Positions 11,299 through 23,459 of a DNA stretch of 64,000 nucleotides are shown here, in pieces (within the stretch, counting starts at the first letter, position 1; each line of letters begins with the position of its first letter). The notes below the pieces were generated by a model. That model saw only the letters and a list, made by a program, of their open reading frames with translations, did not search any database and was not told the origin of the DNA. The DNA is from Blepharisma stoltei ATCC 30299 (taxonomy: Eukaryota > Protista > Ciliophora), in NCBI GenBank assembly GCA_965603825.1, contig CBFDEM010000035.1, positions 62,001 to 126,000 of the forward strand. Reading direction: 5' to 3'. The position numbers were made by a program, and so were the translations under genes.

Positions 11299-13287
11299 AT
11301 GGAAGAAGATTGCTTGAAAAATATCATATTATGGGAAGATCTTGATGAAGAAATAAAAGACCAAATAATTCTAAAAAACCCAGGCGGCAACCCAATTTAT
11401 CTGTGGAAAAATATGATACTTTCTTATCACCAAAAGCATCGAGTAAGATGGCAAGGAAATCAGCATTTAGATTTTTATAAGGATTTACTCAGAGATATGA
11501 GAATGAAAATGGAGCTTTATCCTTATCATCTTTGTAGAAGTCTTACAATGAATGGATGCTCTGGGCCATTTGATTATTATATAGAAATGCTATGTGATGC
11601 ATTAAGAACGCAAAAACAATATGAAGAAATCCCTAGTTTTACAGCTGCAGATATCCTAAGACTAACAGGAATCCAAAGAACCAATTATATAGAAACCTTG
11701 CAAAAATGCAAAGACCGAGGCTGGGCCGCCAAAATTTCTAAAGCAATCCGCGGACTTTTACCTACAGCCCCACTTTCTATATCTGTAGAACACTGGTGAA
11801 GTGTCTTCCCTATTTTATCAAATAATCGTGGTATTAATATTAGGAGGTCAGCGAGTCGAGATGAGCTCACAAATTTGCAAGAATTATATACAACTTTTGC
11901 GACAAAGGGATTTTCTAATGCTTTTCTTTTCGATAAAAATTCACTGGATGGGCTATATAAGTCTGGGATAATTGAGTATGATATTTTTATTGAAGAAAAT
12001 GACCAGTTTGATGAGCCTCCAGACAATGTAAAAAATTTCAATACAAATATTGGGAATTCTTATTTTGAAAACGCTATTATGAGCGTACTAAAACTGTTAA
12101 AGCCAGAAGTTTCACCAAAATTAATAAGCAAAGAATGTGGAATACCAATAGAAATTATTATTGACGCAATTAGTATACTATGTAGGTTAGGACTTATTAA
12201 GAAAATCACAGAAAAAAATATAAATGAGTGAAATTCATCGTGAAAATTAAATTTAAATGATGAGGATGACTTATTAAGCTCAGCGTTTAGTTCGCCTCAG
12301 CATTCTCTTGACACATGAAAATCTGAAATTGATGATCCCATTCATGTAACTTTGATAGTAGGGGGAGAAATTTGTGGTCTCATATGTGAAATCTCCAAAG
12401 AGCCTTTAGAAGATTCCATAAATAACGGAATTAGCTATGAGAAGCTTGATTTGCTATCAATAGAACTTGAGAAAAGTCATGATCCTCGTTTACAATCACT
12501 GAAAAAAGTTATTGAAATTTTTGCAAGCAGAAATCTAGAAATAAGAGGAGGAAGCCAAAACACTAGATGCGGATTAATTCTGGCACAAGGAGGAATGGAG
12601 CCTGTAATATTTACTGAATTACCTAAAGCTGAGGCTCCGATTTATAGAATGTTTAAGCTTGAGCACTCAAAACAAAGCTTCCCATCAGTTTATTATATGA
12701 GAGGAAATATTGTGAATTTTTTTCCAGTAGGCATAAAAGGGTGTCAGTCTTATATGATTTTTGAAGAAGACCAGCCGCCGCGTGTTTATAGTTCTAGTGA
12801 AGCTTTATTGGTAGTAAATGATATTTTGCCGCAATCTTCTGCATTTATTGTGGCAATTAATCAGAAAGAAGATAAAATTCATCGTGATATAATAAAGGTG
12901 CCATTACCATTAAACTTCTGTGAAATTCAAAACCGAGCTTTAGCTGAATATTTGCGAGATCTTAATGTAACAGAGCATCTAGAATATGCTATTGGCTATT
13001 TAGAAATCTTCAAAACTTCTTGCACACATAATAACTCAGATCTGCCTCACAACTGCCCCAAAGATTTTCATTTTTTAACACAAAGTCATGGGCTTCCTTT
13101 AGATGACCCAATTTTATGCCAAAAAATATTACAAAACATAAACGAAAATGAATGATTCAAATATTCCCATCTAGAATCCCTCCTGGAAGCCCAACAAAAT
13201 GAAGTCTTCCAATTCAGAGAATTTATGTGCAAAATTGAAATGCATAGGAACTTAGTCTACACAGATTCATCTGTGAAAATAATTTAA
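11299..13287 (+). CDS. FAM91A1: FAM91A1-like protein
   Basis: LYPYHL..PFDYYIEML..YEEIPSFTAADILRLTGI matches the FAM91 N-terminal motif; three ORFs in one frame joined by TGA; ends TAA 13285-13287. Confidence 0.8.
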
Positions 13288-13294
13288 TATAAAT

Positions 13295-13882
13295 ATGCAT
13301 TTTATTTTATTTCTGCTAAATCTTGCTCAAGCTGTTTATTTTACCCTTCCTGGGCACATGGAGAATTGCTACTATCTAATGGCAGCTAAAGGAAGCGAGG
13401 TTGTAGGTGCTTATGTGATTTCTGGGGATGGCGACCAAAATGTGATCACAAGACTTTTTGGGCCTGACGCAAGCATTCTCTACCAAAGCCAAAGGAAAAC
13501 GAGAGAAGGGCACTTTGAGATTTTGTCAGAAAACGGTGGAAAATACAAATTTTGCTTCCGAGCTATAGATGGAGCACCAAAAACAGTGAGCTTTGAGTAT
13601 AAAACTACAGACAAAGTGAGTGAAAAAGAATTGGCTAAGGAAGAAGAAATTGCACCATTAGCAGAAGGGCTGACAAAAATGACAAAGAAGCTTGATATGA
13701 TTTATAGGAATATTCATTTTTATGAAAGAAGGGAAAAAGTCCATCGAGATTTAACTGAAAGAACTTGCGATAGAGTTATTTATAGTGCAATTTTAAAGAT
13801 TTTGGTATTAGGATTGATATCGCTGATGCAGATTTATATGCTGAGGAGGTTCTTTTCAAATAAGGGAACAAGCAGAGTTTAG
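13295..13882 (+). CDS. p24/emp24/TMED GOLD-domain cargo receptor
   Basis: Signal peptide, GOLD Cys pair (ENCYY, YKFCF), coiled coil, TM, LRRFF tail. Confidence 0.93.
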   Translation: MHFILFLLNLAQAVYFTLPGHMENCYYLMAAKGSEVVGAYVISGDGDQNVITRLFGPDASILYQSQRKTREGHFEILSENGGKYKFCFRAIDGAPKTVSFEYKTTDKVSEKELAKEEEIAPLAEGLTKMTKKLDMIYRNIHFYERREKVHRDLTERTCDRVIYSAILKILVLGLISLMQIYMLRRFFSNKGTSRV

Positions 13883-13953
13883 TACAAATTAAATAGAAAT
13901 AGTTAGATTTTTAAGCATTTTGGCTTAATTTAATTTTATCTAAATATTTTAGC

Positions 13954-14118
13954 CTAATTTTTTAAGCTTTCTTGCTTTTCCTTCAATAGTGCATTTAAAT
14001 AGTTGATTCTATCAGTAATCTCCTTAGATGAATAAGCGTATTCTCCTTTAAGAATCCAAAATCCAATTATGCCTCCAACTCCAGCTCCAGTTAAGAGAGT
14101 ATAAACTTCTTGAAGCAT
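13954..14118 (-). CDS. Small (54 aa) single-TM protein
   Basis: MLQEVYTLLTGAGVGGIIGFWIL (Gly-rich TM) followed by a short coiled coil. Confidence 0.6.
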   Translation of the reverse strand: MLQEVYTLLTGAGVGGIIGFWILKGEYAYSSKEITDRINYLNALLKEKQESLKN

Positions 14119-14283
14119 TTTATTAATTATAAAATGCCATTTTTGAAGTGACATTGTATTGATTGATCAATTTTGAATAAAGTAGATTGCATTATCTTTT
14201 CTTATCTAATCTTTCTCAAATATGGAACTGTTTATAATGATTTTTAGTTGCCGGTGCCTCCCGGCTTGCTGTTACTAAGCGAG

Positions 14284-14805
14284 ATGTCTGAAGAGCCTCA
14301 AGGGGCATCTTCACCAAACCAGTTTATACCTTATTCCATAAACTGTAAATCCAAAGAATTCTCCTTATTGATACGCAGAACCAAAAAGAAAATCATCCTT
14401 GAAGAACAACGAAGGGTTGAGCAAGAACAAACAAAACTGCAAGAAGAGCTTTTTAACGAAGCAAGGCAAAAATTAAAAATTTGAGATGATGAAAACAAGG
14501 CTTCAGTACTTTCTAAAGAAAATTACATAAATAAATCAGCGAGAAACATGGCAATTATGTATATGAAAAGCGAAAAATACAACGGTGAATGCACTTATGA
14601 TCAAATTTTTTCAGTTTATAAAATTCTGAATGCAAGTGAAGAATTTATAAAAGTGAAATATTTATCAGAAGAGAAAAAAGAGCAGCTTGCTTCAACTTTT
14701 AGACAGCTTGCAAGAGTGTTGCACCCAGATAAGAATAAGCATCCTTTAGCAAGAGAAGCGTTTCTTAAGGTTTCCAATACGTACGCAGCTGTCACTTCAA
14801 GCTAG
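14284..14805 (+). CDS. DnaJ-domain protein (C-terminal J domain)
   Basis: FRQLARVLHPDKNKHPLAREAF; joined via TGA14482; start MSEEPQG is inferred. Confidence 0.8.
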
Positions 14806-14902
14806 TTAAGGACTTTAATAATAAAAGAAAACCCATAAAATATGAACTGTGAAAACTTTTAAATTTTGCTTCCCATTTATATTGCTTTACACATAAAAAT
14901 CC

Positions 14903-16099
14903 ATGGTTAACAAAGCAGCAGCTTTCCAAAAAGGCCGTCAATTATTGACTGATGCAGTACAAAAAACGCTCGAAGGAGACCTAGAAGCTGTCAAAAATCT
15001 TCTATCTCCAGATTTTGAAGATAATTTAAACGAAATCATGGAAGGAAATGGAAGAAAGCTTATCCATTTCGCAGCTACAGGAGGCCATAAGCACATCTTG
15101 GAATGGATGATAGAAAATCATGCAGATCCAAACTCCCTTGACAATGATGGAAATTCTTTTCTTTCTTTAGCAATTTACCACGAAAAACTCGAAATCATTA
15201 AATACGCTGCTGAATCATATCCAAATCTGATGGCTTTAAAAAACAAAAAAGGTCTTTCCCCCATTCACATTGCAGCAGAAACAGGGAATATAGAAGTTCT
15301 TGAGTATCTTAGAAGCATTCATCCAAATATTGATGAAGAAAGTGAGCATGGGACTCCTCTCGAATATGCCCTTGTCTGGAAAAAAACTGATATGTTTCTT
15401 CATTTGCTAGCTTTAGGGGCGAATCCGAATGGCAGCCAAGGAAAAAATATTCCTCCACCTTTAGTCATTGCAGCTTCTATGAACTATACAGAAGCTGTAC
15501 ACGCTTTAGTGAACGCAAACTGTAATGTTAACTTGCCTGACAAAGATGGCTGTACAGCTTTAGAAGTTGCTTCTGAGTTCGATTTTAGAGAATTATTTGA
15601 ATTTTTATTAGAAAGAGGAGCAACTGTTAATGGAAGAACAATTTTGGCTGCCTATAAAAATAATAAAACAGAAGTTGTAGATAGGCTGCTTCCTTTAACC
15701 AAAGTGGATGATATTGCAATTGAGCCTTTATCACAAATAAATCCAGAAATTGCTGAGGAGTTTAAAGTTCAAGGAAATGAAGCTTTTGCAGCAAAAGAAT
15801 ATGGCAAAGCTATTGAGTTCTACACAAAAGCGATCGCAAACAATCATAAATCAATCTATTTTTCAAATAGGAGCCAAGCGTATATTTCGAATTTTGAGCC
15901 AAAAGAAGCTCTTTTAGATGCAAAAATTGCAAGAGTTTTAGACCCAAGCAATTTTAAGGCTTATTTGCGTGAGGGACAAGCTTTGGATAGCCTTGAACAA
16001 AAGCGAGATGCTGCAGCCTGCATATGGCAAGCTTTAAAAATGACAAAGGACAAGTCAATACAAAAAGTTTTTGTGTCAACTCTTAAAGAGATTAATTAA
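14903..16099 (+). CDS. Ankyrin-repeat plus TPR protein
   Basis: Multiple ANK motifs (IHFAATGGH, SPIHIAAETGN, TPLEYA); TPR AEEFKVQGNEAF..AIEFYTKAI..YFSNRSQAY. Confidence 0.92.
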   Translation: MVNKAAAFQKGRQLLTDAVQKTLEGDLEAVKNLLSPDFEDNLNEIMEGNGRKLIHFAATGGHKHILEWMIENHADPNSLDNDGNSFLSLAIYHEKLEIIKYAAESYPNLMALKNKKGLSPIHIAAETGNIEVLEYLRSIHPNIDEESEHGTPLEYALVWKKTDMFLHLLALGANPNGSQGKNIPPPLVIAASMNYTEAVHALVNANCNVNLPDKDGCTALEVASEFDFRELFEFLLERGATVNGRTILAAYKNNKTEVVDRLLPLTKVDDIAIEPLSQINPEIAEEFKVQGNEAFAAKEYGKAIEFYTKAIANNHKSIYFSNRSQAYISNFEPKEALLDAKIARVLDPSNFKAYLREGQALDSLEQKRDAAACIWQALKMTKDKSIQKVFVSTLKEIN

Positions 16100-16125
16100 C
16101 AAATATAGATTTATCTCATAAGAAA

Positions 16126-17589
16126 TTAATTATTAACTTCTTCATTATAAATAAGCTCCATATTTTTGGAATCTTTGTTAAACCTGTAGCAATACATTTT
16201 TGGCCTTACAATAAAACTAATATAAAGATTTTCCATATAATTGCTATAAGCAATGTCATCAGGTGTTTTTCTAATTCCAAAATCAATGCTACCGATTGCA
16301 TTCCATTTAAATGGGTTATTTCCTTCGCTTTCATATATTTTTCCATGCTGAATTCACAAATAAGCCTTTAAATTATCTGTAAAAAGAAATTTCTGACTTT
16401 CTATATCTTGAAAAAATGAAATTTCTGAATATGTTTCAATTATAAGGTCGTAAAGATAAAATTTTGAATTGTTACTGTTGCTTACTAAAATGTAATTTCT
16501 GAAAAGAACAGCAAAAACTCTGCCATACAGCTGTGGAAACGGTATTTCATAGAATAAATTGCTATTTATATCAAACCTTACGCAGCTGATTATCTTAAAT
16601 ACATATAAATAGTTTTCGTAAAAAATAAAGTCAGAGATTTTCATACAGTTTCAGATATTAAACTGTAGTCTTACTGCTTGAGTTTTTATGTCCATTAAAT
16701 AAACTTTGCCTTCATTGTTTCAATTTCCTATTATAAGTAAATGCGAGTTTGAAACTTTTAATATATTTGTTATATTATCCAGCAAACGATGCGGGGGATG
16801 ATATGATTTTATTGTGATTGTTGAAGTTCTTGTACCTTTCTCAATATCATACATGTATATCTCTGTTCCTTTGAGGTTTTCATCATAATTGCAAAGATAG
16901 TTAAAATCTATAATATGACTTTTATAGTTTTGATTGTAAATTTTTAAAACTGATTTGTCCAATAAGGACTGAATATTTTTACATTTTTGGATATAATTTT
17001 TTCGAGATGAGTTAATATAAGTGTTTTCCTTCGCCAAAGCAAATATATAGCTATCACACTTGTCAAAATAAGAAATTTGGAGAAATTCAGCTTGAAGCTG
17101 GTAGTGTTCATTAATGTCATTTAAGAAGTCCAGTTTTTTTAAAAATTCATCAATTTGGCTATTTTTTTCTTTCAAAATAAAATCTGCTAGATAGTCTATA
17201 TTCTTATTAAGTACTTTGTGAATAGCTTCTACTTCTGGTGCATCAATATTTAAATAAAGCTTTCCTTTATTATAATCTTCGATAAGTTTTTCGATCATGT
17301 TGATGCTCTCGTATATTTCTAATAGTTTTAATCTTAGTGACTCTTGAGGAGACTGCTCAAAATCCACAGTCAGAATATTTTTCATTTCTATCATGAGTGA
17401 CTTCTCCATTCTGAAAGTCTTAATAATATGTTCCTCTAATGAAAAATTTTTTATTTCATGCGATTTTAAAGATTTGAGATGATTTTTTCTATGATATCCG
17501 CACATCAATGTTTCAGGAGTTGTGCAGTTGCAAATAAATTCCACTTGCTTTGTGCATGAAGCAGAAACGCATGAAAATCTACCAATCAT
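16126..17589 (-). CDS. Lineage-specific family protein: N-terminal Cys/His zinc-binding motif, coiled coil, beta-propeller-like C-terminus
   Basis: C..C..FICNC..MCGYH..H N-terminus; joined through three TGA; close paralogue at 18004-19594. Confidence 0.75.
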
Positions 17590-17761
17590 TAATTATTTAT
17601 AACAGATACAAATTTCCAAAAGAATTATTATAAGTTTAGTTTGGATAAAAAAGACTTCAGGATTGGATTAAAGAAAAGAGAGTTTCAATATTAAAAATTG
17701 GATAAATGGTTTAAATTTGATTTAAAATAGCATTTATTTTATTTTATTCAAAAAATTATTC

Positions 17762-17870
17762 TTACGATTAACTTCTTGCTCATAAATTAAGCTCTATTTC
17801 TTTTTCCACCTTATTAAACCTATAGCAAGACATTTTTGGCCTGGCAATAAAACTAATATAAAGATTTCAT
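17762..17870 (-). pseudogene. Orphan 3'-end fragment of the same family
   Basis: NLYISFIARPKMSCYRFNK.. aligns to the C-termini of both neighbours; 1-nt insertion; no upstream coding part. Confidence 0.8.
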
Positions 17871-18003
17871 TCACAGAATTGAATGAACTATATTTAAAAC
17901 TTATCTTTTTCATTGACTGATTTGAAACGCTTATTAAATAAAGGAGTTAATAGAAGCAATTGCGAATTAAGATTTTATATTTAATAAATTATTTTTTTAA
18001 TAA

Positions 18004-19594
18004 TTACAGACTTACTTTGTCTTCATAAATAAGCTCCATTCCTTTTTCTTCTTTATTAAACCTATAGCAATACATTTTTGGCCTACTGATAAAACTAATA
18101 TAAAGATTTCCCATATAGTAACTATAAGTAATTTCATTAATCTTCACTTGAATCCCAAAATCATTATTTCCTATTACATTTCATTGGAATGGGTTGTTTT
18201 CTTCACTTTCATATATTAACCCATTTTTAATTCACAAATAAGCTCTTTTATTATCAGCAAAAAAGAATTTTTGAAGTCCATGTGCTGAAACATAATCAAT
18301 TTTTGAATAATTGTCAATCATAAGGTCATATAAATAAAATATTGATTGACTTTCACGGCTTACTAAAATAAAATTTTTAAAAAGAACTGCAGAAATCTTG
18401 CCAAATAGCACTAAGAAAGAAAAATTATGGCATATCTTGGTATTTATGTTAAAATATATGCTTTTAGATCCATCACCGCTAAAGATAAATAATTTATTTT
18501 CATAAAAAATAATATCGTTGAATTTGCCAAACATTGAGAAATTAAATTCTTCTCTTATCGCTGAAGTTTTAATATCCATTAAAAACGCTTTTCCTTCTTT
18601 AATGCGATTTCCTACTATAAGTAAATGTTAATTTGAAATTTTTATTATTTGTTATTTTATCTAGCAGACGATATGGGCAATTCTGATATGATTTTGTTAT
18701 AACTGATGAGGTTCGTAAGCCAGATTCAATATCGTATATATATATTTCTGTTCCGTTAAGGTTTTCATCATAATTATAAAGATAATTAAAATCTATATTG
18801 CAGTGCTTATAGGTTTTATCGTGGGTCTTTAATATTGAATTTCTAAAGGATTTTGGGATTTTTTCATATTTTTTAACTAAATTGCACTGAAATGTGTTAG
18901 AAAGAATGTCTCTGAGAGCAAAAGAAAAACTGTATTTATCAAGTTTGAATATTGATTCTTCAAATAAAACTTGAAGATTTTTGCATTTTTTGGTAAATTT
19001 GTTTCGTTTTGAATTAATGTCAATATTTTCCTGAGCTAATAAAAAGATGTAATTATCATACTTATCAAATGTGGAAATTTCAATGAGTTCAGCTTTAAGC
19101 TGGCGATGCTCACTAATATCTTTTAAAGACCCAAGTTTTTTAATAAATGCATCAATTTGAGTATTTTTTTCTTTCAAAATCAAATCTGCTAAATAGTTTT
19201 TATTTTTATTTACTTCTTTTTCAATAATTTTTAATGCTGATCCTCTACTATTTATAAAAATATTCCTTCTTTTATAGTCTTGAATGATTTTTTCAATTAT
19301 GTTTATACTTTCTTCTATTTCTAATAGTTTCAATCTAAGTAATTCCTTAAAAGATTGACCAAAGCTTACATTGAGAGTATTTTTAATTTCTATAAGCAAG
19401 CATTTCTCTAAGTTAAAAGTTTTAATTATGTGATCTTTCTCTGATATTAAATTTGCTATTTTGTGCGTATTTAGAGATATGAGATGCTTATTTATATGAT
19501 CTCTACACATCATCGTTTCAGGAACTGTACAATTACAAATAAATTCCACTGGCTTTTTGCATGGACTAGAAAAGCATGAAAATCTATCAATCAT
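18004..19594 (-). pseudogene. Disrupted paralogue of 16126-17589
   Basis: 2-nt deletion near 18645 relative to the paralogue, plus TCG>TAA in the ancestral frame near 18629; downstream half still open to TAA 18004. Confidence 0.75.
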
Positions 19595-19778
19595 TAATTA
19601 ATTATAATCTGAGACATTTTATGGTTGCTCAAAGAATAATTAATTTGATATTCATAATTATGGCTTAAAAGAGCAAACCCTATCTAGAGTCAAGCATTTT
19701 ATAAGCTCGATTTTTTAATAATTTATTGGAATAAATAAACCACATTTTTTCAAATTGGATATATATATATAATCTAAT

Positions 19779-21053
19779 ATGGGCTGTGTGTTTAATAGAC
19801 AACCAGAAGAAGTTCTTAGGAAGCATGACATAATTTACCCTCAAAAAGTCCCACTAAAAATCCAAAAAAATAAATCAACATATGAACATCTTAAACTTAA
19901 GCTTTTAAAGCCATTAATAGAGAATCACAGAGAAATTATACAAGAAAACATAAAATTCAAAATATCTGCATGCTGCATTCCAGGACAAGACCCTAAAGGC
20001 CAGCACGAATGGTCATGTAAAGATAGCCTATTTTGTACTATTTGCCAAGACAAAATTTTGGCAATGGTTTTTGATGGGCATGGGATTGAAGGCGACAAAA
20101 TAGTAAATTTTTCTAAAGATTTTATGATAAAATTTTTCACAAACAATATTTTGTTATTTAATGAAAATCCTGAACAAGCATTTGATAAAATGTATATAGA
20201 ATGCCACAACGCCCTATGCAGCTCTGATATAGATTCACACATGTCAGGAACTACTGCCTTAGGGGTAATGCTCTCATCTAAAAAACTCCATATTGCAAGC
20301 GTAGGAGACTGTAAAGCATTAATAGGGACTTTAGTCGAAATGAATAATTTGCATAATATTCCTACAGAATTTAAACATAAAGTCAGACATTTAGTAAATG
20401 TCCAAGGAGAAATTTTGAGTGGGGATCACAAGCCAAATGATGAGCCAGAAATGGAAAGAATTAAAAAATGTGGAGGAGTCATAAAAAAACTTGTAGACCA
20501 TAATCAACAACCTATAGGGCCTTTTAGAGTTTTCATGAGAGGAGCAAATATCCCTGGGCTTAGAATTTCTAGGTCGCTAGGGGATGAAATTGGGAAAAGG
20601 ATTGGGATTATTCCTAACCCCATTTTTACCTCTTTTAATTATTACCCAGGAACTGATCAGTTTTTAGTAATTGCTTCTGACGGAATTTGAGACGTAATGA
20701 CTCCTAACGAAGTTTCCCAATTCGTAGAAAGCTGCAGAAAAATGTGTGAGCCTTCAGAATATCTCGTAAGGCCAGTTATAAAGCCTGAAAATTCATCAAT
20801 TTGCCGATTGCTATGTGAAGAAGCACGAAAAAAATGGCTCAATATAATAGAAAACGAAGACTTAATGATTGACGATTTTTCATGCATTATAATTGAATTT
20901 GAAGGGGAAGAAGAAGTCCAAACAGGAGGGTTAATCCGCCACGTTCAAAAATTCCGATCTTTTCACGAAATTGAAAATGATGGAATTTATGAAAAATTTT
21001 TATCAAAAAGAGAGCTGATAAAGCTCAGGCATTTGCAGAATACAAAAAATTAA
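19779..21053 (+). CDS. Protein phosphatase 2C (PPM) with MGC N-terminus
   Basis: VFDGHG, SGTTA, VGDC, DHKP..E..RI, GLRISRSLGD, ASDGI-W(TGA20688)-D, DDFSCIII. Confidence 0.95.
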
Positions 21054-21898
21054 TTATTTGCATATTTTTCTTCAATTTTGCCTATTCTGTCTGTTACAAG
21101 CATTTCATGCTGGTCTTCTATATAATAATCTCCATTTCCTAGTGCCCTATCTATTTGTCTTAATAAATTTAGCATTGTTTCGTTATCAGATACAGAAACA
21201 AGTTGAAAAGAAATTAGCCCAAAATCCTCTATTATTTCACAGATCTTGCTTGAAAGTTTGGCAAGCTTATTGTTATACTTAAAATCATCTTGATTTAACA
21301 ATCGAGATATTTTTGTTATATCAGTATAAAATTCTAGCCCAAATCTCAAGGAGTCATAAAATGATCCTAATAAATCAATTTTAGATAAAGCATTTATATG
21401 AGGAAACTCTAAATGTGTCATCATTGATAATGAAATCAAGCAAGCTGAAATGAAAGTAGATGGGGATGTCATTAGGCTTGAATCCATCAGATTTAAAACA
21501 GCAGCTTTTACGTCACATTTTTCTTCTATATGTTTTATGATTTTTTTTAATAAATCACTGTGTGTATAAAGCTCGATTTGGCCTGGACAGTCAATTAAAA
21601 GGGTAGATCCGCTATATTGAGTTAGCCGATTTTCAAGCCACTTGATATTTTTGTATATAAAATCCATACAGTATAATAGTCCACCATTTGGGCCGAGTGA
21701 GGTGGATTCCATCACATCATCAAGATTGATGAGTTCTTCTATGTCTATGTCAGGGTCATAAGGCAAACTTTCATTTGCTGGGTCTAAGTTTATAAGGCAA
21801 AATGGTCTATTTATTTTGAGAAATAGCTGAGATATTGCTGAACAAAAGGTGCTTTTGCCTGATCCAGGCGGACCTATTAGTATTAAAGCTGTAGTCAT
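21050..21898 (-). CDS. GPN2: GPN-loop GTPase 2
   Basis: IGPPGSGKST, INLDPANE, LGPNGGLLYCM, DCPGQIELYTH, PHINALSKIDLL. Confidence 0.88.
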   Translation of the reverse strand: MTTALILIGPPGSGKSTFCSAISQLFLKINRPFCLINLDPANESLPYDPDIDIEELINLDDVMESTSLGPNGGLLYCMDFIYKNIKWLENRLTQYSGSTLLIDCPGQIELYTHSDLLKKIIKHIEEKCDVKAAVLNLMDSSLMTSPSTFISACLISLSMMTHLEFPHINALSKIDLLGSFYDSLRFGLEFYTDITKISRLLNQDDFKYNNKLAKLSSKICEIIEDFGLISFQLVSVSDNETMLNLLRQIDRALGNGDYYIEDQHEMLVTDRIGKIEEKYANN

Positions 21899-22025
21899 AT
21901 CTTTAATTATATGATAAATATGAAAATAAAGAGCTTTGAGTAACAAAATACCTTAATTTTTATAAAATTTTTATAATTCTATTTAAATAAACTCACTATT
22001 GTTGCTTATACTGCACACTCTTAAA

Positions 22026-22739
22026 TTAATTTTCTTTATTTTCTTTTTTATAATTTCCTTGATTTATATCTGAAGCCAACTTTTTCATCCTAGAAATATA
22101 ACTTTCCTTCAGAAAAACTCTTACACCTAATAGCAATAGCGTAGCTTGGCATATCATCATAAGCGGCCACTGCATATTTTTGACCCAAGTTGGTATCAAT
22201 CCTCTATAATGTGAGCTAATGCATCATAATGATGTAAACGATTGGAGCCCTGTATAAATCATGATCCCAGACCAACTTTCTTTATCAAAACTTCTAATCC
22301 CATAAACCCCTAACATGCATTGACCAAAACTTGCAAAGAGTCTTGAAGATCTCACAAAAACATTATAGCTTGGATATGCATAAAAAGGCGGCTTATATCT
22401 AAGCATTTCTAAGCCTGCTCATACTGAGCCCATAAAAGTTGAATAAAAGCAGCACCAATATCCTGCAATTTTTAGAAATTTGCTAAATTGATAAGAAAAA
22501 TAGTCTGCGCCACATGCACCAAGTGTAAAAATCACTGGAGGAATTACGCAAAATTTTAAGGGTATTCTTATTGCGTCTGGGACTGGAATTTCTGGTGCTT
22601 CTTCAACAGGAATCTCTGGTTTTTGTACTTCTGCTGCATTTGGGTTTTTCCTAATTCTTAATCTTTCTTGAAAATCTCTATATTCTTGTGTACCCCTTTT
22701 AGGATTATGCTTAAACCTCAATAAAGGGATTCTAAACAT
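22026..22739 (-). CDS. TMEM69/DUF3429-like membrane protein, probable mitochondrial presequence
   Basis: Basic amphipathic N-terminus; FYSTFMGSV-W(TGA)-AG and GLIPTWVK resemble DUF3429 motifs; about 5 TM segments; ends TAA 22026. Confidence 0.55.
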
Positions 22740-22757
22740 TATTAAAAAATAATTAAT

Positions 22758-23447
22758 TTATAGCAGCATGCAGTGTTTAGATTGGCAGGACGCACATTTT
22801 GTAGTACGTTTTTTGACAGCAACAGGCAGAGGAGGCTTAGCAGCTGATACTACAACAACAGGCTCTGGCTTTGGCTCTTGCTGCTGCACTACTTCTGTAT
22901 AGTCTAATTCGCTGAAAATATCAAAATAAAATAATTGGAATTGTTCAAACGTTAATGATGATTTCATTGGTCATGAAATCCCAAGTTCTCTGCCTTTTTG
23001 GATTAAATATCTCTCATTAAGCTTTATTAATCTGCCAATTCTTTTTACTCTTTCGAAGGAGATTTCGTGTCTTTCAGAGCCAGCTAATAATTGATATAGC
23101 ATTTTCCCATGCATATAAAGCATAACCTTCATCTGTTTTGTTTCAAGAGACGCATATAGAAAAACCAGCATTAAAAATTCTTTAAGTGTTATTGTTGGCT
23201 CTTGGCACAGGGTATCAAAAGTTTCTCAAGCTTCAGGCTCAGTCATTTCATTAACTACAAGTTTCATTAATTTGAAAAATGCATATTCATCAAGCTCGCT
23301 TCCGCCCATTGTAAGAAATCAGCTCTGTAGTGCATCAAAGCCATGAGGTGTATGAATAAGTTCATAGAAATTCAAACTGACGCCTTGCATGGAGTTTTCG
23401 CATTTTTTGACTATCCAGTTTTTAAAATCAGTTTTTAAGAATTCCAT
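22758..23447 (-). CDS. Degenerate EF-hand protein resembling EFCAB9, C-terminal CaaX (CMLL)
   Basis: Joined via three TGA; ELDEYAFFKLM..ETFDTL..ITLKEFLMLV..MLYMHGKMLYQLL..LTFEQFQLF follows EFCAB9-type spacing. Confidence 0.6.
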
Positions 23448-23459
23448 TATTTTTTAAAA

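Noticed and set aside
14230-14247. GT..AG segment that could link ATG 14222 to the DnaJ gene
   Set aside because: 18 nt is not the 15/16-nt type and removing it does not give the right frame; ATG 14284 preferred
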